IMG/VR virus record: IMGVR_UViG_3300043446_004437
Coordinates: 124,001 to 188,000 of that record
Length of the DNA: 64,000 nt
Direction: 5' to 3' (one strand)
Position 1 is the stretch's first letter. Every line of letters starts with the position of its first letter. Of this stretch, positions 26,053-35,486 are shown in pieces. The position numbers and the translations under genes are program-made. The notes beneath the pieces are model-generated. The model saw only the letters and a program-made list of their open reading frames with translations. It made no database searches and had not been told where the DNA came from.

Positions 26053-28161
26053 TTATTGGTTATTATCCTTTATAAATTTAATCTCACAAGAATCAGTTGA
26101 ACAGTATCTTTCGCCTATAGCATCTGCGGCCATACCGGCATAAACGCCAGTCAAATCTATCAACAATAGATTTAAACCAGCTTCTACATACTGATCTTCT
26201 GTTATTTGCGTGTAAGGCATTTGTGGATAGGTGTCGTTGCCGCTTGGCAAAAATGACACCGTCTTTAACTGGCCGTCATACATGTGCAAAACTGTGCCTA
26301 CGTGTTGTGCTTCCTTATCTTTATCAAAAGAAATGGTTACAGAAACACTATTATCAGACCAGTATCTTTGCGCAGTAGCAGCTAACGCCATCTTTTCAAA
26401 AATTGTTACATCACGCTCAGCTCTTGCAGCTTCTGATTTTATCGGGAAGTAAACAACAGCTGTTGTGTCAGGTGATTCTGATGCAGGCTCAACCCTATAA
26501 TTAGCCATCTTAAACAATGGCAGCATAGGATCATCATTTGAGAATCTAATTGTTCTATTAAAGTATTTCCCACCTGGTGTCCAGTGAACTCCTGGTGATT
26601 CACCAGCAAGAATAGACACGGTTCCAGATGGTTTAATGGTAGTCATCTTTATTGATTCGCGAATTCCTAACCATTCAGAATAAACATTATCATATCTCTG
26701 TATAGTCTTATAGCCCTGATCCATCCAATCACGAAGCGCTGGGATACCAAAACGATCTGCAAAGTTAGCAACACCAGACATAGAGGTGCCTATGCGACGA
26801 TTGCGTTGCATAATTGCATTAGTCTCTTCCCAGTGAGTAGGGAGCAGAGTTACTGTCTTGGCGTAGAGATACGCAAACTTTAGAGTACGCTTGTAGTCTT
26901 CTAAATTTTCGTGCCTATTTAAATAAGTTTCTACCAATGTACAACACTCAAAAGACTCTAACGATTGTTCTGCACATGGGTTATAGCCGGCAACTCTATG
27001 GTCTTTATTATTTGGCGGGTCTGCTAATCTTCCGTACTTTCTGGACATGTCCATCCATAAAACACCAGGCTCACCGTTTCTTGCAATGCCTTCTACAATC
27101 GCACTCAGGTCTTTACCCACTTCAGTTTCAACCGAGTTGTTAGACATCCACCCCCAACCTGGAGCAGTGGGGTCATAAGAGTTTCTTTCTGGGAAATGTT
27201 CTGAGTTCTTAAGATTTAAAAATTGATTATCATCAATTCTCCCTATCAAAAGCTCTGCCGAACGTCTTACGTTCCCGGAAACAACACAAACACCTATAAG
27301 GTTACCTATGTCTGCAATATCAACTCTTGTAAGCTTGTCTCCAGCTCTACCATCAAACATTTTTTTAATGTGTTTATGAAGCTTTTCAAGCGGCTCATGA
27401 CCGGCAGCTATTCCACCAAATGTTTTAATTGGCGTGCCTGATGGTCTTATCAAAGAATAATCAAAATAAACTTCTGCTTGACCAGACTTTAGATATGAAT
27501 CTATTAGCATTGCTGTTGATATATACCAGCCTTCTCTTGTATCTGGCACAACATATGTTGCCGTAGAAGGATCTGCTGGTGTAGGTTGGTAGATGACAAA
27601 GTCTTTATCCGCACCTTTGTCATCAAACCCAACACCAACCCCAAGCATTGATGCTTCCATTAGGAAAGAAAATGGTTTAGCTGGATTTAGTTTTGTCATT
27701 TCTGCTGTCGATACAAAAGCACAGTTTTGCAATGCGGCCGAATTTTTTTGGACATTAACAATGTTTGTTCCCATAGCCCATAATCCGCGACCAGGAGGAG
27801 TCCACTTTAAATTAAACAAACGATCAAAAGCCTCTTTTGCTGAAGCCTGTGCCTTAGCGTCATTCCACGGAAGTCTGCTCTTTTTGCAATGATCTTTTTG
27901 CAAAGAATACATCCCGTTAATTACACGCTCACACACATCAGACCAAGATTCTTTTGTGCCATCTTCTTTTAAACGAGAATATGTACGTAAGAAAGTTATT
28001 TCTCCAACAGAATTACCAGCTGCATCTCTATAGCCAAAAGGTGGTATAACATTTTTGTAACCAGCAATAAAGTCATCAGTTAACTTAAAAGAAAACATAG
28101 ATGATTGTTTGGTAGCGATTGGGCTTAGATCTGGATTACCATTCTCAATTTCTTCTGGCAT
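26053..28161 (-). CDS. nrdJ: Class II (adenosylcobalamin-dependent) monomeric ribonucleotide reductase
   Basis: PPGRGLW, QNC, GNVRRSA, YNPCAEQ, TIKPSGTVS, C-terminal CSTDSC. Confidence 0.93.
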   Translation of the reverse strand: MPEEIENGNPDLSPIATKQSSMFSFKLTDDFIAGYKNVIPPFGYRDAAGNSVGEITFLRTYSRLKEDGTKESWSDVCERVINGMYSLQKDHCKKSRLPWNDAKAQASAKEAFDRLFNLKWTPPGRGLWAMGTNIVNVQKNSAALQNCAFVSTAEMTKLNPAKPFSFLMEASMLGVGVGFDDKGADKDFVIYQPTPADPSTATYVVPDTREGWYISTAMLIDSYLKSGQAEVYFDYSLIRPSGTPIKTFGGIAAGHEPLEKLHKHIKKMFDGRAGDKLTRVDIADIGNLIGVCVVSGNVRRSAELLIGRIDDNQFLNLKNSEHFPERNSYDPTAPGWGWMSNNSVETEVGKDLSAIVEGIARNGEPGVLWMDMSRKYGRLADPPNNKDHRVAGYNPCAEQSLESFECCTLVETYLNRHENLEDYKRTLKFAYLYAKTVTLLPTHWEETNAIMQRNRRIGTSMSGVANFADRFGIPALRDWMDQGYKTIQRYDNVYSEWLGIRESIKMTTIKPSGTVSILAGESPGVHWTPGGKYFNRTIRFSNDDPMLPLFKMANYRVEPASESPDTTAVVYFPIKSEAARAERDVTIFEKMALAATAQRYWSDNSVSVTISFDKDKEAQHVGTVLHMYDGQLKTVSFLPSGNDTYPQMPYTQITEDQYVEAGLNLLLIDLTGVYAGMAADAIGERYCSTDSCEIKFIKDNNQ

Positions 28162-28169
28162 TTTGACTC

Positions 28170-28868
28170 CTATTGGTTAATCTTCTTGATGTATTTGGAA
28201 TTTGTTTTTTCAATCTCTGTAGCTTTAATTTTTAGTATATCTTGTACCGAATAAACCTTGTGTATTTCTCTTTCAAAGAAATAACCGCTTCTCCAGTTAA
28301 AAACATTATTAACATTCTTTTTGTGGTTAACAAACATATTACATACTACCGCTCCGCCATAAGACTTAACGATGTTTGCAAGTTTTATTTTCAATTCTTC
28401 AACATTTAAACTATCTAAATCTTCATTCTCTCTAGCTTTTTCATATAACCAATTGAAAGCTTGTCTATTCATTGGCGATATGTCTATTGGGTCTATGACG
28501 CCTAATAGTATTGCTTTATTTCTATTTTTTCCTATCTCAATATCTTCTTTAACAACTTTTTTAAATAGGTCAAACCAGTCTCTTTCATTGAATTGAACCC
28601 AAGCCGTACACCAAAACAAAAGGTTTTCTGGCGGAGAAGGAATCTGACTTTTCTCCGTATAAGGCAGTAGGGTAGCACAGCTTATTGCTCGCTTCATAAA
28701 AGCTTTTCTTGTATCTAAATCTTTAGATTTTGATCCAGATATTTCCCATAGCTTATTTATATTTTTTTTCCAGTCTGTTGGACCAAGAAATATGTTTAGA
28801 TATTTTTCTGCGACTTCAAAAGATATTGTGTCTTCTTCTATAACTTTTTCTAAAATATCTAAAGACAT
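28170..28868 (-). CDS. Hypothetical protein
   Basis: 232-aa ORF. Confidence 0.7.
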   Translation of the reverse strand: MSLDILEKVIEEDTISFEVAEKYLNIFLGPTDWKKNINKLWEISGSKSKDLDTRKAFMKRAISCATLLPYTEKSQIPSPPENLLFWCTAWVQFNERDWFDLFKKVVKEDIEIGKNRNKAILLGVIDPIDISPMNRQAFNWLYEKARENEDLDSLNVEELKIKLANIVKSYGGAVVCNMFVNHKKNVNNVFNWRSGYFFEREIHKVYSVQDILKIKATEIEKTNSKYIKKINQ

Positions 28869-28913
28869 TTATAATCCTTTATAAAACTACTAAAACTCAT
28901 AAAAGAACCTTAT

Positions 28914-28953
28914 AAAAAGATTATCCCGCTCCTAAGAGCGGGATAATCCTTTT
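28914..28953 (-). terminator. Strong hairpin with U-tract lying within a leader
   Basis: GATTATCCCGCTC-4 nt-GAGCGGGATAATC-TTTTT. Confidence 0.75.
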
Positions 28954-28985
28954 CTCATCGCTGAGCGTCGGTTTCCGTGATAATG

Positions 28986-28994
28986 ATTATATCA
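28986..28994 (-). promoter_or_regulatory. Extended -10 promoter TGATATAAT
   Basis: Identical to the promoters at 2716 and 26036 but not followed by ATG. Confidence 0.6.
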
Positions 28995-28997
28995 CAG

Positions 28998-29023
28998 AAA
29001 ACATAGCGCTCACACTATGTTTT
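28998..29023 (-). terminator. Hairpin after the 29029 gene
   Basis: AAAACATAGTG-tgag-CGCTATGTTTT. Confidence 0.5.
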
Positions 29024-29028
29024 GTTTT

Positions 29029-29661
29029 TTACAATGCTTTTGCGGATGGAACGCCTTTGTATTCTTTTGGATGTGCTCTACCGTAAATGGTAGTTGCATT
29101 TGGTTGACCGTATCCAGATTCGAATACTGTTGCGCTAGCAACACCATGGACATCAAATGGCCTAAAGTATCCAAATGATGCTGGTGCACCCTGGGCCTCT
29201 GTTCTTGGTGCGTGCCCAAACCCAGTTGGCATGACTTCTGCTGCGGCAACGCCGTCAAATACAAAGTTGCTGTAAAAGCCATAGTACAAACTTCTTTTAG
29301 CGTGACCGCCATTAAGAGCTTTTGCGCCTTCAATACCTTTGTATTCATGAGGACGGAATCTTACGCCATCATATGTTGCGGTACCGTCAGCAAATGTGCC
29401 TGCTAATGGAGTGGTCCCAACATATAAAGTTGAACCAGTAAAGAGCTGGGACATAAGAACGTTACCAGGACGGTTGCCTGTTCCTGGAGTATGGCCATTA
29501 TCTGGACCACCTCTTAACAATTGGCTAGTGTTGTATAGAGGGTAGTAAGAATATGTACCCTTGCCCTTTGCTTTGCCAGTCATTGTGTAATATGGGTTAA
29601 CCATATCGTTGGTGTTTTGGCCCTTTAAAACAGGTCTTGGACCAACATAAAATGTAGCCAT
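29029..29661 (-). CDS. Gly/Tyr-rich probable virion protein
   Basis: 210 aa, strong AAGGAG RBS; repeated (R)P.EYKG motif. Confidence 0.7.
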   Translation of the reverse strand: MATFYVGPRPVLKGQNTNDMVNPYYTMTGKAKGKGTYSYYPLYNTSQLLRGGPDNGHTPGTGNRPGNVLMSQLFTGSTLYVGTTPLAGTFADGTATYDGVRFRPHEYKGIEGAKALNGGHAKRSLYYGFYSNFVFDGVAAAEVMPTGFGHAPRTEAQGAPASFGYFRPFDVHGVASATVFESGYGQPNATTIYGRAHPKEYKGVPSAKAL

Positions 29662-29743
29662 TATTAAATCTCCTTATAGAGGATTGATACCCATATAGTA
29701 AAATTGCATATGAGTTTTTTGAAGCTTTATTTGAAAAATAAAA

Positions 29744-31027
29744 CTAGACATTCAGGGTATCGTAATCAATTATCAAATCAGATAATACTGGAGCCGTTTT
29801 ATCTTCGAGCATATTAAGGGTTATTTCTATCCACACCTCAGCTGAAGCCCCGGGATTTGTAACGGTATATGAAGAATCAATAGACTCGCTACCAGAATCA
29901 AATGGATATATAACCCTATAGGAAAACGCTTGTGAAATCAACGATCTTGGAACGTTAAAAATTACCGGATCAACTGTTATTGAAGATATAAGCTTATCTG
30001 GTGGAGCTTTAAAGTTTAAAATAGTTTTTCCGGAAGAGGCAAACTTATCATATCTGACGTCAAAATCAGATAAACCATAAGTGTAAATATATTTATTTAA
30101 TTCTTTAAAATAGTTTTCTTGACGCAAAACCACTCTTATAGCCGTCATATCTAGATCGGCAAAATAGAAACACAGGGGGCCAGAATTTCTTATCTCATCA
30201 GAACCATTAATTATCCAAGCTCCAGGTGGAACATGCCCTACCGCCTCAACTTCACCATCATAAAGAGTATTATCATTTAACGGCGTCCACCCATCTGCGT
30301 CTGTTAGGGTCGGATTTGTTTTATTAGTATATTCAATGGAATATACATTTACTGAGTGCATTGGATATGGGTTAAGTTTTACGCAATTAGTTTTTAGCGA
30401 TCCAGTAAATTCAGCCGGTATCTTGCAATAGAACATCATCTGAGCTGCGCCCAGTGCATTTGTATCGGATATCAAGGTTCTACTCCAGACCTTAGATGGA
30501 TCATCCATTATTGCATTATATACTGGCGTTGTATTTACGATTGCACCAGGAGTATCTATACCGCCCAAATTGTTTTGGATATTAGTTTTAAACAAATCAG
30601 GGACTACTTGACCAGCTGAAGAATTATAAAACTTAACCTTTGAACTTGAGGCGTTTGGTACTTTGGGTAGAGTTATTATATTGTAATGTGGATCTACAGT
30701 TAACAGTTCATTGGGTCCAATTGAAAAATCTGTAGAATTAAATCTACTAAACTGAACCTGATTGAATGAATGTATAGATGCTCTATTACCACCAGCTTCT
30801 AAGGCTGAAATTCTATCTCTAAGATCATTAACCGCATTCGATAACATTGCTTGATCTTTCAACACTCTTTCAAAAGCTTGTTCCAATTTTGAATCAACAA
30901 CGTTTGCTTTATTGTATAAATACAATAAGTCTTGATAGTTCTCTTCTATCCTGGAGTTATAATCATTGCTGTCTACTGGCCCACCATACTGCATGTCTCT
31001 TTTTTGGGTGTTCATTATTTCTGCCAT
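29744..31027 (-). CDS. Putative baseplate/tail structural protein
   Basis: N-terminal coiled coil plus beta-rich body; position in the structural module. Confidence 0.6.
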   Translation of the reverse strand: MAEIMNTQKRDMQYGGPVDSNDYNSRIEENYQDLLYLYNKANVVDSKLEQAFERVLKDQAMLSNAVNDLRDRISALEAGGNRASIHSFNQVQFSRFNSTDFSIGPNELLTVDPHYNIITLPKVPNASSSKVKFYNSSAGQVVPDLFKTNIQNNLGGIDTPGAIVNTTPVYNAIMDDPSKVWSRTLISDTNALGAAQMMFYCKIPAEFTGSLKTNCVKLNPYPMHSVNVYSIEYTNKTNPTLTDADGWTPLNDNTLYDGEVEAVGHVPPGAWIINGSDEIRNSGPLCFYFADLDMTAIRVVLRQENYFKELNKYIYTYGLSDFDVRYDKFASSGKTILNFKAPPDKLISSITVDPVIFNVPRSLISQAFSYRVIYPFDSGSESIDSSYTVTNPGASAEVWIEITLNMLEDKTAPVLSDLIIDYDTLNV

Positions 31028-31028
31028 A

Positions 31029-31433
31029 TTATCTACCGTTCTCTAATCTAGTTACTTTAGTTTTTAATTTTGCCAAAATTGCCGATAACCCATTAAGCTT
31101 ATTCAATAAAAAATCTGTTTCTTGCTGAGGGTTTAAGCCAGTTGTATCATCATAGTAAACTTTAATTGGTCTTAGATCATAAAATAAACCGTCACTGTAT
31201 TTTTGATAATCTAATAAATTATTTAAATTTCCTACAAAATTATCAGAAATATTGTTTATATTTGATTCTGTTTTTGTTAATGAATTATTAATTTTATTAA
31301 TATCTATAATAAAAAAATTTGATTCACGATTTTCTACTGTGCTATTTCTTGCCCCTCTATAGGTTTGTCTAAACCTTCCAAAAAATGGCTGCATCACCGT
31401 GTCTTTGGCTTTGCTCAAATATGTTATTGGCAT
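31029..31433 (-). CDS. Putative structural protein
   Basis: 134 aa, C-terminal coiled coil. Confidence 0.55.
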   Translation of the reverse strand: MPITYLSKAKDTVMQPFFGRFRQTYRGARNSTVENRESNFFIIDINKINNSLTKTESNINNISDNFVGNLNNLLDYQKYSDGLFYDLRPIKVYYDDTTGLNPQQETDFLLNKLNGLSAILAKLKTKVTRLENGR

Positions 31434-31441
31434 GGTTACCT

Positions 31442-33562
31442 CTACAGATCTTTATGTTTAAATTTTATTTTTATATAATCAACTTTAGGACTAGCAAAAG
31501 GATTGTCAAACCTAGTTAAGTCTATTCTATACCTAATAGCTGTAGGCGCATTTGAATTATTAGATAGATAAGAAAATCTTGACAAACCGTTAACTGGAGC
31601 AGATGCTATTATCTCTTTTCTGCCAAAAGGATTATCAATTGTAAAATATAAGTTGTCATTCATGTTTCTATTTCTAAAATCAAAACTATTTAAATAGAAA
31701 AAATAATCAGTAAATATTACACCATACTTAGAAAAATCTGTTCCGTTTGTTAAGGAAAAAGAAACCGCACCAGAAGAAGGCTTGTTATATGTCACCACTA
31801 AATCATTTATGCCACCTAAAAAATTCCATTCTATATTTTCGCTTAATTTTCCTGCGGGTAGATCTGCTATCTTTACTCCATTTAAAAACACTGCTAAATC
31901 AAAGTCGGCAACTGATTTTTTAATTGTGTTAATGGCTTTAATTTCTGTATCGCAAATAATTTTTGACTGTATAAAACCATAACTAGGCGAAGTTATTCCT
32001 GTTGATATAGACCCCAAGTTTTGTACGAGTACATTTTTTAATAGTGTATTATCTAAATTGTTCACTTCCGAAAACCAATAGTTGACGTCTTTATATATTT
32101 GAGATTTGCTTCCTAAATAATAATAATGTTTAAAAGAATTTAAATTTCCCAAAAGAATTGGAGAAATATAATTTTCATTATTCTCAAGAGCTGCTATTCT
32201 ATATACATTTTTATCTTGATATATTTTTTGGTTTGGATTTAGATCGTTTGCATTCTTAGAGGTTTGGTCTATTGGTATTAGTTGAAGTTCATTTTTTTTT
32301 GGAGATGAAGATATATATTTAATATTTTTTGTAGAACCAGTAAAATTAACAAAGTTAGAAGAACCATTTTTATCTAAGCTCAATGGTGTTACTGGCGTCC
32401 AGTTAAAATCATAAATAGATATTGCACTTGGATTATCAACGGCTACGTAATAGGCGATTGCCCCATCATTTATATATTCCTCTTTTGCTTCTACCGCAAC
32501 TGAATCTATAACAAGATGATTATTGTCAGATACTGGTAATTTAATTGGTTTTGAAATAATTGTACCAGTTTTTGATTTAGTTACCGAACTAATAATCAAA
32601 TCCCTTAAACCAATTCTATAAACATAAGGAGAAGACGATTCTCTGTCTATATAATCTGGTTCATTTTTTAATAAAATTAATTCTATAGAAGAGTAATTTC
32701 TTGGCTTAATTGAAAAATTAAAAACATCATAATCCAAATTTGAATCTTTTACAAAAATTTCTTGAGGAGATGCGTCACTATAATTTACCTTCAACTGTGT
32801 TATAACGGGAGAAGAAGTTAATAAATAACCCTGCACTTTAGAAAGTATTATATTTCTATTAATTGGTATATTTATAACTATAGAAACCGGATTTGGTGAC
32901 TGAGTTCTATGCTCATAAATCCAATATGTATCGTTCAAGCCATCAAAAACATTTGAAAAAGTTTCAACATCAATTGTATCTGATAACAAAAAACCATTTT
33001 CATACAAAGAAACTTTTGGTCTTACGCCAGGTAAATTATCTGTAGCAAATATAGAATATCTATCGGAGTTTTCCGAATTTAATGCTGCGCAACTAGTTTG
33101 TATATCTACATATCCAGTGGTTAAAGGTATATCTATGTTTGATGTGCTTGAAAAATTTTCTGTGTACGAATAAAAATATCCATCTGAATTATTATTAATA
33201 AATAATAAATCATCTACTTTTGCTTCTAATAATTTTCTTTTTGTTTTTAATTGTTCAATTTTTTTATTTAAGGTTGTAACAACTCCAAAAAGTTCTTCGT
33301 TATTTTCTAAAATACAATCATACAAAATATCTAAATTAAAAAGACTGTTAACCATTAACTCATTTAATGTATCAACATTAGTTGTATCTGTACCGTTAAG
33401 TGCAGCGTAGTTTATGCTAAGTGGTAAACCTGGTTTGTTAATGGAAAAATAATCACTAAAGGCATTGAGTATCTGCTGATCGGTTGGCTTTGCCCCATTA
33501 GAATAATATAATTTATATATATTTTCTAGAAATCTTCTTTTTTGTATTGTAGATATGTTCAT
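31442..33562 (-). CDS. Putative baseplate/tail structural protein
   Basis: 706 aa; paralogous motifs shared with neighbours. Confidence 0.6.
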   Translation of the reverse strand: MNISTIQKRRFLENIYKLYYSNGAKPTDQQILNAFSDYFSINKPGLPLSINYAALNGTDTTNVDTLNELMVNSLFNLDILYDCILENNEELFGVVTTLNKKIEQLKTKRKLLEAKVDDLLFINNNSDGYFYSYTENFSSTSNIDIPLTTGYVDIQTSCAALNSENSDRYSIFATDNLPGVRPKVSLYENGFLLSDTIDVETFSNVFDGLNDTYWIYEHRTQSPNPVSIVINIPINRNIILSKVQGYLLTSSPVITQLKVNYSDASPQEIFVKDSNLDYDVFNFSIKPRNYSSIELILLKNEPDYIDRESSSPYVYRIGLRDLIISSVTKSKTGTIISKPIKLPVSDNNHLVIDSVAVEAKEEYINDGAIAYYVAVDNPSAISIYDFNWTPVTPLSLDKNGSSNFVNFTGSTKNIKYISSSPKKNELQLIPIDQTSKNANDLNPNQKIYQDKNVYRIAALENNENYISPILLGNLNSFKHYYYLGSKSQIYKDVNYWFSEVNNLDNTLLKNVLVQNLGSISTGITSPSYGFIQSKIICDTEIKAINTIKKSVADFDLAVFLNGVKIADLPAGKLSENIEWNFLGGINDLVVTYNKPSSGAVSFSLTNGTDFSKYGVIFTDYFFYLNSFDFRNRNMNDNLYFTIDNPFGRKEIIASAPVNGLSRFSYLSNNSNAPTAIRYRIDLTRFDNPFASPKVDYIKIKFKHKDL

Positions 33563-35481
33563 ACCTGTTTTACCTTTGCAGCCAATTTGTAAGAGTATAC
33601 TACTGGAGCAATATTTGATGATCCTTTAACAATTTTAATTTTTACTAAAATATTTTTAACCTGCTGCGGCACCGTATACTCTACATTGTTTATACTAGTT
33701 TTTGGATAGTTCATATATTGAACACCGGGTAACTTAAAACCAGTAGCTATGTTTTGATTAAATGCAAATATTTCCGGAACACTTATATTAGTACTAGAAT
33801 TTGTTGTAAAACCATATTGGACAGGGGCTATTTCAATCCATTTTTGGCCATTATCTATTGATATATACCCCTGTATATAACCGCCAGATTCTGCTATTTC
33901 GTTATAATTGCTTTCTATATCTAACATCACAGACTCTACTGGAGAATCAAAGACATAAGGCTTAGATATTATATCTGCAGATAATTCATACTCCTGATAG
34001 GCAATTGAAATATCTCTAATGCCTATAGCCATTCTTTTTGCTGGAAGAACTTCTTTAGCTGTTTTTATTGGGACATTAAAAGTTTCTTCAAGTAACCCAG
34101 CGGAATCTGGTTCGTTTGAATTTTTTATTATAACACTTATATTTTTACTCAAAACATTATCTCTTTTAAAGATATTTGGATTTGTAAGATTTGGCACCAG
34201 TGCTGATTTATCATAGATGACTTGTGTGTATAGCTCTTTATTAACAGCTTCTGGATTAAATCTGTTAACACCATAAAATGGACTGTTGTCTGCGTTACTC
34301 GCCTCGTAATTTGTTTGCCAATATGTATGTAAAATTTCTACGTTTTGATAGTATGGTTGTTCTAAAACAACTCGACACTCTTTTAAAATTCTTTCTGAAA
34401 AGAAAAATGTAGCGGCGTTTAAAGAATAGTTTTTTAAAGATTCTTTAGTAAGATTTTCTATCGATAAACCTATAAAAAATTCTTCTTTCAATATTTGTTC
34501 TATGTTCCCAGCATTATCTGTTAGATGTATTTCTTTTACTTTAACTATCTTTGATGAATCAAAATATGGAGTTATATTGATCGAATTTGCTTTTTGACCA
34601 GCAGCTGCTTTGATTGTAAAATCAAATATAAGAGGTTGATTTACGTCATGATCGGCCCAATTAATTAAAGAATTTTGTTCGGCCGCGACCAATGTAGAAT
34701 CATTAACTATATAGCTAAACTCGAGTGGACTTCTGTACACGTTGTCATTTGGTTCTACTTTTATTGCCTCGTATATATAATGTGTTACTGGATTAGAATC
34801 AACTAAGCTGCCAACAAAAGAAGAGCTTGCAGAACTTGCAAAACTGTATTCATAATTTATACCAGAAATACTATTTTCTTTTTTGACCGCTAAATTATTA
34901 TTGCCAATAAAACCATTTGAAGGATTAACAGTAACCAAATTTGCAAACCATTTGATTGGTTTATCTTTTATTCTTAAAGAAGCAAAACCATTTTGTATCA
35001 TAGGATTTTGATTTGATTGTATTTTTGCCCAATCAATATAATCGCCATTCTCAAATGAATCGCCATTATAAATCAGATCATTTGAAGGACTCTTGCTGTA
35101 CATTTGCAATACTTTTGTTTTTGAAAGAATTCTTTCTGAATACTTTTTTTCATTTTCTATTTCCGAAGTAAATAGATTAAACAGGCTAACAGCTTTAGCA
35201 TTTAAAAAATCTAATTGTTTAGCTGAAACATTTATATCGTCTCTTATAGAATTTATAAACTTGTTAACCTTAGTCGAAGAGGGTACTTCGCTATTTTCAA
35301 ACAGCTCTAAAGATGTTCTAGGCGAATTAATTTTGTCGTAAATTTCGCTTAGATTTTTGTTAAAATCTTTTAACACATCTTCCTTAGTTACATATTCTCC
35401 AGCAGCCTGCTTCTTGAGCATCTCTGCGATGCTCATCGCGATTTGGTCATACACTAATGTTATGGGAGAAAGTTGCGCCAT
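33559..35481 (-). CDS. Putative baseplate/tail structural protein
   Basis: 640 aa; IGIRDISI, ISKP, ISIDNGQKW. Confidence 0.6.
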   Translation of the reverse strand: MAQLSPITLVYDQIAMSIAEMLKKQAAGEYVTKEDVLKDFNKNLSEIYDKINSPRTSLELFENSEVPSSTKVNKFINSIRDDINVSAKQLDFLNAKAVSLFNLFTSEIENEKKYSERILSKTKVLQMYSKSPSNDLIYNGDSFENGDYIDWAKIQSNQNPMIQNGFASLRIKDKPIKWFANLVTVNPSNGFIGNNNLAVKKENSISGINYEYSFASSASSSFVGSLVDSNPVTHYIYEAIKVEPNDNVYRSPLEFSYIVNDSTLVAAEQNSLINWADHDVNQPLIFDFTIKAAAGQKANSINITPYFDSSKIVKVKEIHLTDNAGNIEQILKEEFFIGLSIENLTKESLKNYSLNAATFFFSERILKECRVVLEQPYYQNVEILHTYWQTNYEASNADNSPFYGVNRFNPEAVNKELYTQVIYDKSALVPNLTNPNIFKRDNVLSKNISVIIKNSNEPDSAGLLEETFNVPIKTAKEVLPAKRMAIGIRDISIAYQEYELSADIISKPYVFDSPVESVMLDIESNYNEIAESGGYIQGYISIDNGQKWIEIAPVQYGFTTNSSTNISVPEIFAFNQNIATGFKLPGVQYMNYPKTSINNVEYTVPQQVKNILVKIKIVKGSSNIAPVVYSYKLAAKVKQV

Positions 35482-35486
35482 GGTTG

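Noticed and set aside
28950-28982. Hammerhead ribozyme, cobalamin riboswitch or tRNA in the leader upstream of the nrdJ operon
   Set aside because: The CUGAUGA core is not intact, the region is too short for a B12 element, and there is no cloverleaf or T-loop.
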